A DNA stretch of 64,000 nucleotides from Chloroflexota bacterium (lineage in GTDB: Bacteria > Chloroflexota > UBA11872 > VXOZ01), in NCBI GenBank assembly GCA_963662335.2, contig CAXXVD010000002.1, positions 288,001 through 352,000 on the forward strand, written 5' to 3'. Each line of letters starts with the position of its first letter. Position 1 is the stretch's first letter. A model generated the notes under the pieces. It saw only the letters and a program-made list of their open reading frames with translations, was not told where the DNA came from and did not search any database. A program made the position numbers and the translations under genes. Of the stretch, positions 48,878-58,892 are shown one piece after another.

Positions 48878-50086
48878 ATGAAACGCACTCTCGACCAACT
48901 GGGCGTGACCTTCGACACCGAGTTCGAGGCCGCGGCGGCGGAAGACGTGTCGTTGGCTGACGATGACACTGTCCATCTCCACACCCGCGTCGACCCCAAG
49001 CCCACGGGCTTCGACGAGCATTTCAAGGGCGTGCCAACGCAGTACCGCTACAGCGTGCGCGTCACTGCCCACCGCGATACGCCCGCACTGCGCATCCACG
49101 TGCATACCGACAAGGAGTTGGGCGGCTGGTACATTCAGTTCGGCGGTTTCGTCAAGCGCGCCGGCGGCTGGGAGCCGATTCCGCTGGAGCACGCCGTAAA
49201 CGTGCCGGGCACCAGCGACGTTCTTATAACGCTTTCGTTGCGCGCGGGCGAATCGGTCGTGTTGGGCAGTATGCCGTTCATTGCGCCCTCGGAATTGGAA
49301 ACGCAAGTCGAGGCGCTGCTGCGAACGGAGGGACACGTCTGGTCGGCCCGCGTGCTGGGCGAGACGGCGAAAGGCCGCAAAATCTGGGCGCTGGAGACCG
49401 CGCCGCGCGCCAAGCGCATCGTCATGGCGGGCACGTCGCAGGGCGCGGAACCGGTGGCGGAACGCCTGGTGGAACTGGCGCGGCGGCTGACGGTGGACCT
49501 GACCGATTCGCGTTGGCTGCTGGACAACTACCAGGTCTCTTTGGTGCCCATGATCAATCCCGACGGCGCGGCGGAGGGGCACAGCCTGCTGAACGGCATT
49601 GGCGAAGTGGTGGCCGGCGGCTACAAAGCGGCGGTGAACGGCGAGCCGTGTCCGGTGGAGAGCAAGGCTCTGGCGGACTACGTGCGCCTGGCGCCCACCC
49701 ACGCCTACCTGGAGTTCCACGCCCACTACCGCACCATCCCGCCGGGCCAGGAAGACCACCTGGGCGTGCGCAAACTGCACCTGCTCAATCCCGGCATGGC
49801 GGACATCTACCCGCCGGCAACGGATCCGGCGTACGTGGAGCGCTTCAACGCCGTGATGCGCCAACGGCTGGGCGCGCACAACGACCACCGGCCCATCGGC
49901 AAATGGTGGAAACCGGCGGCGTTCTTCACCCCCAACCTGGCGCGGCTCCACTCCCACTGCATGTTCTACGCCGTGCAATCGTGGAACTACGACCTCCAGG
50001 CCACCACCGCCTGGGCCGAGCGCTACCTGTACGCTGCGGCGGAAGGCATTGCTCTTGCCGGCGGCGAGCAGACCTGGCGGGAGTGA
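48878..50086 (+). CDS. M14 zinc carboxypeptidase-like protein
   Basis: LGETAKGRKI, QGAEP, VPMINPDG, EFHAH. Confidence 0.7.
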   Translation: MKRTLDQLGVTFDTEFEAAAAEDVSLADDDTVHLHTRVDPKPTGFDEHFKGVPTQYRYSVRVTAHRDTPALRIHVHTDKELGGWYIQFGGFVKRAGGWEPIPLEHAVNVPGTSDVLITLSLRAGESVVLGSMPFIAPSELETQVEALLRTEGHVWSARVLGETAKGRKIWALETAPRAKRIVMAGTSQGAEPVAERLVELARRLTVDLTDSRWLLDNYQVSLVPMINPDGAAEGHSLLNGIGEVVAGGYKAAVNGEPCPVESKALADYVRLAPTHAYLEFHAHYRTIPPGQEDHLGVRKLHLLNPGMADIYPPATDPAYVERFNAVMRQRLGAHNDHRPIGKWWKPAAFFTPNLARLHSHCMFYAVQSWNYDLQATTAWAERYLYAAAEGIALAGGEQTWRE

Positions 50087-50194
50087 GCCCGCGCGGCGCA
50101 GCGGGCGGGGATCAAGCGAGAAGGCTAGGGCGCGGCGCAGAGTCCTCCGCCGCAGGCGCCATGTAGCAGGAGTGCGCAGCCTCCAGGCGGCTCG

Positions 50195-50222
50195 TTGCTT
50201 GCGCCTGCCAAGCTGGTATACT
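50195..50222 (+). promoter_or_regulatory. Putative promoter of the second solute-binding protein gene
   Basis: TTGCTT-16-TATACT with TG extended -10. Confidence 0.5.
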
Positions 50223-50532
50223 ACGTGCAACGACACCCGCCGGCAGGGCGGGGCATCAGTTGGTGGGCGGCCGGCAGCGGCGCGGGCGCCCACGCGCGGA
50301 CAGAAAGCAACGAGAAAGGAGGGCGAACGACGGCATGGCGCTGCGGCGCGGTTGCGGGGCGCAAGCGACGGCCCGTGCAGCCGTATGCGCTATCGCGATG
50401 CCATCACTGTGTGCGACGTGAAGCGCGCCGGCGCGATTGGCAGGCGCCCGCTGCGTGAACGCGCTCTGCTTGTAGCGGCGCGTGCGCGCCGGTGTTAGAG
50501 ACGATACCTTGACGAACATGAAGGAGACAGAC

Positions 50533-51924
50533 GTGAAAGCGACAGTGACTCGACGAACAATTCTTGGCGGCAGTTTGGTTGCCGGCGCCGGCTTGTTGGC
50601 GGCTGCTTGCGGGCAAGCCGTGCCCGCCTCGCCGGCGGAAGGCGAGGCGCCGGCCGCCGAGGCAGAGGCCAAACCGGCAGAGCAGACCCAGGAAGCGGAG
50701 GCGAAGAAGGTCGTCTACCTGCACTACACCACCACGCAGGCGGTGTGGGAGGAGAACTTCGGCCAGATCTTCGACAACTTCCGGGCGCAGTTCCCCGAGG
50801 CTGAGCTACAGGTGGATGCCGTGACCGGCGGTTTTGGCGTGCTCATCGAGAAGGCCGTGGCCTCGTTTGCGGGCAACGTGCCCATCGACATGTACTACGG
50901 CCACTTCTCCTATATCAGCCAGTTTGCCCAGCAGGAGATGATCCAGCCGCTGGACCCGTTCATCGCCAAGGACGGCGACGTGTCGCGGGACGACTTCTAC
51001 GATCACGCGCTGGAGAAGATCGCGGGCCAGATCTACGGCATTGCCTGGTTCAACCAGGGCAAGGAATTCTGGTACAACGCGGACCAGGTGACCGAGGCCG
51101 GTCTGACGTCACCGGACGACCTGGTAGCGGAAGGCAAGTGGACGTGGGACGCCGCGCTTGAGTTCGCGCAGAAGCTCACCAAGCGGGAAGGCGCGAACAC
51201 CACGCGCTGGGGCTTCTTCTATGCCTACCACTCCACGGGCTGGTTTGGGCACCACCTGAAGGCCTGGGGCGCGGACTGGTGGAACGCGGACATTAGCGCG
51301 GCGACGATGACTACCCCTGAATTCGCCGCCGCGGTGCAAGCCGCCCAGGATCTCGTCGTCAAGCATGAGGTTTCCCCCCGCATCAGCAGCCCGAGTGAGA
51401 ATGACGCGAAGGCGTCCTTCGAAGAGGAGACCCTCTCCTCGCGCCTGGCGAGCGGCGCCAATACGCGCAGCTTCCAGGCGAACATCATGTCCAAGGACAA
51501 GCCTTTCAACATCGGTCACGCGTTGCTGCCCGAGGGCCCCGGCGGTCGCAACACGATTCAGGCGCTCAATGCGAACTATCTGAGTTCGTCGGCGCCGCAA
51601 GCCGATCTGGCCTGGGAACTCTACAAGATTCTCGTCGGGCCGGAATCCGACCAGCAGATTGCCCGGCTGGGCGGCCGCCGCTACACGGCCAGCCGCAAGC
51701 AAAGCCCGGTGACCCTGTGGCCCTACGAGAACGCCGACGTCTACGCCCAGATGGCGGAACTGAGCGAGGGCGCCAAGCAGATTGTGAAGCAATCTGAGGT
51801 CAACGGCGCCTGGAGCCAGGGCTGGAAGGACATCGAGGACGGCGTGCGCACCATCCAAGAGGTGCAGGAAGAACTGCAGCAGGTGGCCACGATTGCCCTG
51901 GAAGAGGGCGGCTGCATCTGCTAG
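50533..51924 (+). CDS. Extracellular sugar-type ABC solute-binding lipoprotein with Tat signal
   Basis: TRRTIL, LAAAC lipobox, WTWD, AQKLT; aaggag RBS. Confidence 0.88.
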   Translation: MKATVTRRTILGGSLVAGAGLLAAACGQAVPASPAEGEAPAAEAEAKPAEQTQEAEAKKVVYLHYTTTQAVWEENFGQIFDNFRAQFPEAELQVDAVTGGFGVLIEKAVASFAGNVPIDMYYGHFSYISQFAQQEMIQPLDPFIAKDGDVSRDDFYDHALEKIAGQIYGIAWFNQGKEFWYNADQVTEAGLTSPDDLVAEGKWTWDAALEFAQKLTKREGANTTRWGFFYAYHSTGWFGHHLKAWGADWWNADISAATMTTPEFAAAVQAAQDLVVKHEVSPRISSPSENDAKASFEEETLSSRLASGANTRSFQANIMSKDKPFNIGHALLPEGPGGRNTIQALNANYLSSSAPQADLAWELYKILVGPESDQQIARLGGRRYTASRKQSPVTLWPYENADVYAQMAELSEGAKQIVKQSEVNGAWSQGWKDIEDGVRTIQEVQEELQQVATIALEEGGCIC

Positions 51925-51957
51925 CTAGCGCCTGCGGCATTAAGCTGCCGGTGGAAG

Positions 51958-51992
51958 AGAGAGGCACGGGTTTCCGTGCCTCTCTGCTCTTT
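51958..51992. terminator. Hairpin terminator between convergent genes
   Basis: agagaggcacgg-gttt-ccgtgcctctct. Confidence 0.65.
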
Positions 51993-52036
51993 GGCCGGAT
52001 GTCAGACCCCTCTTGCGGCGTGCGCAACAAGGTTGT

Positions 52037-52393
52037 TCAGTCGGGGTCACTCTCGCGGTCAACCAACAGGGCGTCGACGGTTGTGCCAAGTTCAGCGGCG
52101 ATTCGCTGCAGAACCGCCGCGGAGCCCGGCTTGACACCCATCTCGATTTGCGAGAGGTAGCCCGGGCTGAGGCTGGCCCGCTTGGCAAGCGCGCGCAGCG
52201 TCAGTCCGCTATGCAGCCTGAATGCCGTGACCGGACTGCCGCCGTCGCCGATCGCGAGCGCCACCGCATGGGGGATGCGCGCGTCGGAGCGGTCGGCCTC
52301 CATCGCCGCCACCAGGTCCTCCAGGTCTTCATTGCGCTGCAACAAGGCTTCGTACTCGGCCTTCGTTAGTTCGATCGTCTCCGCTTTAGCCAT
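52037..52393 (-). CDS. XRE-family HTH protein (HigA-like antitoxin)
   Basis: EYEALL..EDLED, GLTLRALAKRASLSPGYLSQIE.G. Confidence 0.85.
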   Translation of the reverse strand: MAKAETIELTKAEYEALLQRNEDLEDLVAAMEADRSDARIPHAVALAIGDGGSPVTAFRLHSGLTLRALAKRASLSPGYLSQIEMGVKPGSAAVLQRIAAELGTTVDALLVDRESDPD

Positions 52394-52439
52394 ATGCTTC
52401 TCTCCTGTGCCGGACTCGCAGTATTAATCTGAAAACAGC
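52386..52439 (-). pseudogene. RelE/ParE-type toxin C-terminal remnant
   Basis: Translates AVFRLILRVRHRREAYG*, overlapping the antitoxin start; cut off upstream by a family C repeat. Confidence 0.55.
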
Positions 52440-52445
52440 GAAAGC

Positions 52446-52602
52446 GAGCCGTTCGCCCTGAGCGGCGTCGAAGGGTGAACGGCGGAGGAAGCGGGTCAAG
52501 TTCCCCCACTCTCCGCTCTCCGTTCATACTTCGACAAGGGCTTCGCGTAGCCCTCAGCACGAACGGAGAGTGGTGAGTTCGCTTTCAATCGCTTGTGTGG
52601 CC
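52446..52602. repeat. Family C composite palindromic element
   Basis: Colinear with 316-470; has an extra agggcttcgcgtagccct hairpin. Confidence 0.75.
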
Positions 52603-52774
52603 GGCAGACGGCCATGGTGACTACCATGATAGCAACCCGGCAGACCGTGCGCGGGATTGGCGGGTGCGGTACTATCTTTATCTATGGTAAGCCTTTGCAA
52701 CATGGTTGCCAGTGTTGAACGAGTGGCAAGGCAGCGAGATTTTGTCTCCAGATTAGAAAGGATCGGCGAGGCCG

Positions 52775-53767
52775 ATGGCAATTAGGGTTGGCTTGGTGGG
52801 CGTGGAACAGCACGTGCCGCACGTATTCGCGGGCATCGATGAATCGGATGAACTGGAACTGGCGGCGGTGGCGCGGGCCGGGGCGCGCGCGGACGAATTG
52901 GCGGAAAAATACGGCGCGCGGATATACGACGACCACGCGCAGATGTTCGCGCAGGAGCAACTCGACGTGGCGGCGGTCTGCCTCATTCCCGTCGACCAGG
53001 GACGGGTGGTGATCGATGCGCTCGAGGCGGGTTTGCACGTCACGGCGGATAAGCCGCTGATGATCAGCCAGGAAGAGCTTGACGCCACCGTGGCGCTGGC
53101 CCGCGCCCACCCGGAGCGCAAGGTGGGGCAACTCTTCACCCTGCGCGGCCGGCCCGGTTATGCCAAGTTGCGCGAGATCGTGCGCGGCGGCGGCATCGGC
53201 GAGGTTGTCCAGAGCTACGGCCTGCGTTCGGCCTTGGAGAAGCGCGAAGTCCGCGCGCCGTGGTTCTTCGACGAGCGGCTCTCCGGCGGCCCCATTCCCG
53301 ACCTGCTCATCCACGACATCGACGCGCTGCGCTGGATTACGGGCCTGGAATACACCCACGTGCTGGCGCGGGAGTCGAATTTTGCCCGCCCCGACGACCC
53401 TTACTACCGCAACGCCGGCCAACTCTTCTTCCTGCAAGAAGGGAACGCCACCGCCATCATGGAGCACCACCGCCTGGTGAGCCCGTCTTTCGCCGGCATG
53501 GACTGCCGCATGAAGGTGGTAGGCGCCGACGGCCAGGTGGAGATCACGGCCACGGGCGAGGTGATTCTCTACAATAGCGGCCACGCCGGCCAGGTGACCG
53601 ACCTGCCGGCGGAACAGAACGTGTTTGCCGATTTCGCGCTCCAGGCGTGCGCCGGCCAGGAGCCGCTGGTGGATACGGCCGGCGCGTTGCAATCCATGCA
53701 GGCGGCGCTGACGGCCAAGACGGCCGCGGACGCCGATGCGCTGGTGGCGATTCCGCAACTCTCGTAG
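52775..53767 (+). CDS. Gfo/Idh/MocA family oxidoreductase
   Basis: HVTADKP, GGPIPDLLIHDID; same motif pattern as 11519-12547. Confidence 0.87.
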   Translation: MAIRVGLVGVEQHVPHVFAGIDESDELELAAVARAGARADELAEKYGARIYDDHAQMFAQEQLDVAAVCLIPVDQGRVVIDALEAGLHVTADKPLMISQEELDATVALARAHPERKVGQLFTLRGRPGYAKLREIVRGGGIGEVVQSYGLRSALEKREVRAPWFFDERLSGGPIPDLLIHDIDALRWITGLEYTHVLARESNFARPDDPYYRNAGQLFFLQEGNATAIMEHHRLVSPSFAGMDCRMKVVGADGQVEITATGEVILYNSGHAGQVTDLPAEQNVFADFALQACAGQEPLVDTAGALQSMQAALTAKTAADADALVAIPQLS

Positions 53768-53840
53768 AACGCTTGCGCTGCGCGGCCAGGGTCAATTGAA
53801 CGTGTCCGCAGGCAAGCTGCCAAGCCCTCGCATGGACAGG

Positions 53841-54033
53841 CTGGCCTTCGACAGGCTCAGGCCGAACCGTAGGGCCGCTCCTCGTTTCCATTGAGCGAGG
53901 GTCTCACCACTGAAGCCCGCTGGCCTTCGACAGGCTCAGGCCGAACGGTAGGTGGTGCCGTTTTACGCGCATTTGGAACAATGGACGCGGCATAGGGGTG
54001 GCTTGGCCTTCGACAGTTTCAGGCCGAACGGAA
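53841..54033. repeat. Three direct copies of tggccttcgacaggctcaggccgaac (REP family C variant)
   Basis: Copies start near 53841, 53920 and 54003. Confidence 0.75.
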
Positions 54034-54078
54034 TTACATCCAATTCGCAGTCCCTCTTGATCACTCTCCTGGGCAGAT

Positions 54079-54250
54079 AGGGGTGTGTATTCAATAGCCG
54101 GCTTAACGTGTCATTCCGAACGGAGCGCAGCGGAGTGAGGAATCTAGAGCGCAGCGGAGTGTCGAACCCTGTTCGCGGATTCTAAAGCGCAGCCTAACAA
54201 GGCCGGCATCTCTAGATTCCTCGCTGCGCTCGGAATGACATTTACTATCC
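54079..54250. repeat. Family B inverted REP pair with conserved flanks
   Basis: Colinear with 48618-48790. Confidence 0.7.
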
Positions 54251-54353
54251 ATTGTGAGCCTCTCCTGGCGGAGAAGGTTAGGGTAAGGCGGAATCCACAC
54301 GCCGCCGCCTATGTGTGTATAATCCAGTAAACCCACCTCGAAAGGAGCATGGC

Positions 54354-55637
54354 ATGGCAATCAAGAGTCCTGCGGACGTCAGCTTGGCGGTAGACGGCGG
54401 CACGGCGGTGCGGAGCGCGGACAATCCGCTGCCGCAAGTGTTCCCGCGCTATGTGCCGGAGAGCGCCTACGACAACGTGCGCGCGGTGCTGGACGGCGGC
54501 GTCGCGAGCAATCTCATCGGCCGCTTCGAAGAGGCGTTTGCCGAGGCCACCGGCACGAAGTATTGCGTCTCCATCGCGAACTGCACGGCGGCGCTGCACT
54601 CGCTCTACGCCGGCCTGAGAATTGGGCCCGGGGACGAAGTCGCGGTCAGCCCCATCACCGACTTTGGCACCATCGCCGGCATCGTGGCGCAGGGGGCGAT
54701 TCCGATCTTCCCGGACGTGGACGTGCGCACGGGCAACGTCACCGCCGAGACGATCGCCAAGGTGCTCTCCCCGCGCACGAAGGCGATCGTGGCCGTGCAC
54801 TTCTACGGCCTGCTCTGCCCTATGGAAGAGATAGTGGCCCTGGGCAAGAGCAAGAACATCACCGTCGTCGAGGACGTCTGCCAGGCGCCGTTGGCAAACT
54901 ACGCGGGAGAGTCCGTGCGCGGCAAAGCGGGTTCGCTGGGCGACGTGGGCGGCTTCTCGTTCGACGCGGAGAAGCACCTGACGGCGGACCACGGCGGCGC
55001 CGTGACGACGGACAGTGAGGAAGTCGCCGCAAAGGTGCGGAGCTTTGCGCTCACCCGCGGCGCCGTCTCGCATCCGAACTACGGGCGCAAGCACGAGACG
55101 TTCGGCCTGAATTACCGCTTCGGCCAGTTCCAGGCGGGTCTGGCGTTGGCCGAGCTTGGCGTGCTGGAGGAGCAAAACGAGCGGCGGCGGCAGGGGGCGG
55201 CGCACCTCAGTGCGCTGCTCGCCGAGATCGACGGCCTCACGCCGCCGTACACGCCGCCCGGCAGCGACCACATCCACTGGCTCTACCACGTGCGCCTCGA
55301 CCTGGACCAGTTCCGCTGCTCCATTTGGGACTTTGCGGAGGCGCTGCTGGCCGAGGGCCTTACCCCCGGCGCCGGCCCCGCACCGTATTACCTGGTGCCC
55401 GATAGCCACGTCTTCATGCAGGATAGGGCCCACGTGGCCGGCCGGTCCGGCTGGCCGTGGGACCATCCCATGAACGAATTTGCCAAGGACATCGAGTACA
55501 GCGCGGACACGTGCCCCGTGGCCAAGGAGCACGTGGATACGACCATCCGCTGGACGTGGACCGACAAGCACTCCGCCGCGGACATCGAGGATATGGCGAC
55601 GATGTTCCAGAAAGTGGCGGAGTACTATCGCGTGTAG
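54354..55637 (+). CDS. DegT/DnrJ/EryC1/StrS PLP-dependent aminotransferase
   Basis: GPGDEV, VHFYG, EDVCQA, FSFDAEKHL, GLNYR. Confidence 0.9.
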   Translation: MAIKSPADVSLAVDGGTAVRSADNPLPQVFPRYVPESAYDNVRAVLDGGVASNLIGRFEEAFAEATGTKYCVSIANCTAALHSLYAGLRIGPGDEVAVSPITDFGTIAGIVAQGAIPIFPDVDVRTGNVTAETIAKVLSPRTKAIVAVHFYGLLCPMEEIVALGKSKNITVVEDVCQAPLANYAGESVRGKAGSLGDVGGFSFDAEKHLTADHGGAVTTDSEEVAAKVRSFALTRGAVSHPNYGRKHETFGLNYRFGQFQAGLALAELGVLEEQNERRRQGAAHLSALLAEIDGLTPPYTPPGSDHIHWLYHVRLDLDQFRCSIWDFAEALLAEGLTPGAGPAPYYLVPDSHVFMQDRAHVAGRSGWPWDHPMNEFAKDIEYSADTCPVAKEHVDTTIRWTWTDKHSAADIEDMATMFQKVAEYYRV

Positions 55638-55836
55638 GCTGCCTTCCGTCATGAGCGCAGGAGGTGTATGACACCCCGCGTGTCTCTGTAGCACGTCTTG
55701 CGATTAGCAGAACAGCAGAGAGAGCGTAGGTTTGAAACCTACGCTCTCTTATTTCGTACGCTAGCTACACGCGGAAGCGAACGAAAGACTTCATCGCGGG
55801 TGCAGGGTGAGCCTTGCTTGGGCCCGCGCAATGGCG

Positions 55837-56022
55837 CTAGTCTTCCTTTTTGCTCGCCTGAAGGAAGTATCCCTCCAGCAGCCCCTCGATGCGAGAAAAT
55901 CGGTTGGACAAATCGGAGATGCGTGTTTCGACACCATATAGGCGTGTCTCAAGACGCCATATGAGTCCCGCGATTGCCACGACGGCAACCGCCAATGGGC
56001 CTATTAATTCGTAGGATTCCAC
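55837..56022 (-). CDS. Small N-terminally anchored coiled-coil membrane protein
   Basis: MESYELIGPLAVAVVAIAGLIWRLETRL..RFSRIEGLLEG; aaggga RBS. Confidence 0.55.
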   Translation of the reverse strand: MESYELIGPLAVAVVAIAGLIWRLETRLYGVETRISDLSNRFSRIEGLLEGYFLQASKKED

Positions 56023-56149
56023 TATTCTTGTCCCTTGTCTCTTGCCAATCCGGCGTTTGACGCCAAGACTGCGCATTCCCGCTCTTTCGCTAATTGCGGC
56101 CGCCAACGTTGCAGACCGCTGACGGCAGGCAGGCGCTGTGCGCCATGCC

Positions 56150-56452
56150 CTACGCGAATACCGGGATGCGCCTTGGCTCTACGAGATACGTATCCGGCAA
56201 GACGTGGTACTGCTGTGCGGGCACTGGACGAGCGGATGGGTGCAATACGATGCCGTGATCCGCAAAGAATCGCTCGCGTTCACCAACGCTCTCCATGGTG
56301 TCGAGCGTCAAAGCCAGCAACTCTTCCAGGCCCGCGCGCGCTTCATCGAGGCTGTCACCGCAGTGCGCGACACCCAGTTCCTCGCAGTCGCCGACCCACT
56401 GCCCCTCTTCTTGGAAGAACCGCAACGTAAGAATCACATAACTCGCTGCCAC
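56150..56452 (-). CDS. HicB-like antitoxin
   Basis: EEGQWVGDCEELGVAHCGDSLDEARAGLEE (HicB RNase H-like fold pattern); ggagg RBS. Confidence 0.75.
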   Translation of the reverse strand: MAASYVILTLRFFQEEGQWVGDCEELGVAHCGDSLDEARAGLEELLALTLDTMESVGERERFFADHGIVLHPSARPVPAQQYHVLPDTYLVEPRRIPVFA

Positions 56453-56601
56453 TGTGCGCCTCCCTGCCAACCGATGCGCCCGGCTACCTGTGCCTCGCGT
56501 CTAATTGTACTGCATTCCGCTTGGTATCAGACGCCCGATTCGGGACCCCTGTAGTAAGCCGACCAAACGGCAGATCTCCGCGCCCAGGGTCGGCGCGGGC
56601 A

Positions 56602-56835
56602 TCACTGCGCCTCCGGGTTGCGGTCGATTCGCTCCAGTTGGTAGAGCACGGCTCGCGACCCATCGGCCAGGAGCAAGTCGCGGCGCTGGGCGTAGCGCAC
56701 GCGGCGGCTCATTCGCAGTTCCAGCGAAAACGCCGTCTCTTTCGCTTCGGGATACGTGCAGCGGAGCGCAATCACCACCCGCTTGACCGTGTGGGCCAGG
56801 CGTTCTAGATGAAGCACGGCGAGGTAGTCTCTCAT
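56602..56835 (-). CDS. Hypothetical protein or gene fragment
   Basis: 77-aa ORF just downstream of the sulfatase; no recognisable motif. Confidence 0.3.
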   Translation of the reverse strand: MRDYLAVLHLERLAHTVKRVVIALRCTYPEAKETAFSLELRMSRRVRYAQRRDLLLADGSRAVLYQLERIDRNPEAQ

Positions 56836-56850
56836 AGGAGGTTTCCCATG

Positions 56851-58443
56851 TCACGCGTGGCTCTGGCGTCTGGGCATCCGGTTGTCGGTGCGGATGAGTT
56901 CCTCCATCAGGCGTATCTTCAGTTCGCCTTTCAGGTTTTGCGCGGCCGGCTCGTGCCAGAGGTTGTGCAACTGCCCAGGATCATTCACGGCGTCAAAGAG
57001 TTCGCCGTAGTCCTGCTCGCCGTCGTCGCCCACGTAGACCGTCAGCTGGTGGGTGTCGGTAACCAGCGTGCGCAGGCGCAGGCCGATGTAGTCCTCGTCG
57101 TTCTCGATGATGATGGCGTCCTGCACGGTGTCTGCCGCGCCGGTGAGCAGCGGCGTGAGCGGGCGTCCCGGCCAGGCCGCCATCTGCCGCTCCGCCTCCG
57201 GCTGGGGCACCCCTTTCATAAACGGCGGCCCGTACTCCGGCACGTCCACGCCCGCCAGGTCGAGCAGCGTGGGCGGGATGTCCAGGTGCGACACCAGGCT
57301 CCGCGAGACCTGACCCGCCGGGAAGCGCGCCGGCCAGCGCCAGATGGAAGGAATGCTCAACATGCCGTCGAAGTGGAACGGCCCTTTGTTCAGCAGCCAG
57401 TGGTCGCCCAGCAGGTCGCCGTGATCGGCGGTAAAGACGATCACCGTGTTGTCGGCCAGGCCCAGTTCGTCCAGCGCGTCCAACATGCGCCCCACTTGCT
57501 CGTCGATGAACGAGACCATGCCAAAGGTGATGGCCGTAATTTCGCGCATGTGCGCGTCGGGCATCTTGGTGGCCGTGCGCCGGCCGGACGTCCACTGGTC
57601 GGTCTCGTACATCAGGCGCATGTGGGGCGGCAGGTCGTCGAGTTCGTTCTCGCGCCGCGTCGGCGGCGGGATCGAATCCCGGTCGTACATGGAGAACCAC
57701 GGGTCCGGCGCGGCAAACGGGTGGTGCGGATCAGGAAACGAGGCCCACAGCATGAAAGGCTGCTCGCGCTGGGCAGCATCCCGCAGGTACGCGATGCTGC
57801 GGTCGGCAATCCACGTGTTGTAGTGCAGTTCCGGCGGCACCTCGATGCGGTATGATTGCTCCGCGCCGCTGGCCGCGGGCGTGGATGCTTGGCGATTCCA
57901 GTAAGGCAGCACGTCCGGATGCTCGCGTTCCAGCCAGTGGAAGTGTTCGCCCGGAATGCCGGGGCCGTGGCCGATGGTCAACTCGGTGCCCGCAAAGCCG
58001 TAGTAGGGCGACGGCAGCTTGGAAATCTTGCGATTGTGCCACATCCAGCGGATTTCGGGAAAGTCGAGCGGGTCCAGGGTCTCCGGGTCTCTGCCCAAAG
58101 GCTCGCCCGCCACGCGCACGTGAATCTTGCCAATCTTGTACGTGTGGTACCCGGCGTCGGCCAGCGCGCCCGTCACGGTGGGAAACGCCGGGTCAAGGTC
58201 GATGCCGTTGGTGCGCACGTTGTGCCCGCGCGGCGTGAGACCGGTGAGCAGCGTCGAGCGGGACGGCATGCAGAGCGGATTGTTGACGAACGCCCGCGTC
58301 AGCAACGCCCCGCCGGCCGCCAGCCGGTCAAGGTTGGGCGTCCGCAAGGGCGTCTCTTCCCGCCAGGGATGCCACGCACAGCGCATGGTGTCGCCGCGCA
58401 TCTGGTCGGTGAGGATGATGAGGAAATTCGGTCGCTCGCTCAT
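56851..58443 (-). CDS. Sulfatase (Cys-type)
   Basis: LTDQMR, CMPSR signature, GKIH, PDPHHPF, TADHGD. Confidence 0.9.
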   Translation of the reverse strand: MSERPNFLIILTDQMRGDTMRCAWHPWREETPLRTPNLDRLAAGGALLTRAFVNNPLCMPSRSTLLTGLTPRGHNVRTNGIDLDPAFPTVTGALADAGYHTYKIGKIHVRVAGEPLGRDPETLDPLDFPEIRWMWHNRKISKLPSPYYGFAGTELTIGHGPGIPGEHFHWLEREHPDVLPYWNRQASTPAASGAEQSYRIEVPPELHYNTWIADRSIAYLRDAAQREQPFMLWASFPDPHHPFAAPDPWFSMYDRDSIPPPTRRENELDDLPPHMRLMYETDQWTSGRRTATKMPDAHMREITAITFGMVSFIDEQVGRMLDALDELGLADNTVIVFTADHGDLLGDHWLLNKGPFHFDGMLSIPSIWRWPARFPAGQVSRSLVSHLDIPPTLLDLAGVDVPEYGPPFMKGVPQPEAERQMAAWPGRPLTPLLTGAADTVQDAIIIENDEDYIGLRLRTLVTDTHQLTVYVGDDGEQDYGELFDAVNDPGQLHNLWHEPAAQNLKGELKIRLMEELIRTDNRMPRRQSHA

Positions 58444-58790
58444 GGGATGCTCCTTTTGCCGGTTGAAGAATCTCGCACTGGCATAGTCTTGATGGTCTTG
58501 AGGGACTTCACGTCTCTGGATTCTTACCCGCCGTGCGTGCGGTATGTGTTCTTGTAGAGAGTATATACCTGCTGCTGTGCTGCGTTGTGCCTCGGCGGCG
58601 CAAATCCGTTGTCTAAAGTCGGGGAATTGGTGGCGCCACAGAGTCAATGTGGTTGCGTCTCTCGTGTTCTCTTTGACCATGCAAAGTCCATGCCGTGCAG
58701 AACAGATGGATTCCCGCGCAAGCGGGAATTGTACGTGTCAGGTAATTCGTTGACAGAATTCACCTTCCCCGAGGCAACGGTGGCGGCGGC

Positions 58791-58892
58791 TGTCATTCCG
58801 AGCGCAGCGAGGAATCTAGGGCCATACCGGAACAAGCTCCCAGGCCTCAGCACTCTAGATTCCTCACTGCGCTGCGCTTCGTTCGGAATGAC
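58791..58892. repeat. Family B inverted REP pair
   Basis: gtcattccgagcgcagcgaggaatctag ... ctagattcctcactgcg..ttcggaatgaca. Confidence 0.8.

Noticed and set aside
53841-54033. CRISPR-like array of three ~30-bp repeats with 46-50-bp spacers
   Set aside because: The repeat is the dispersed cttcgacaggctcag REP found throughout the window; only three copies and no cas genes.
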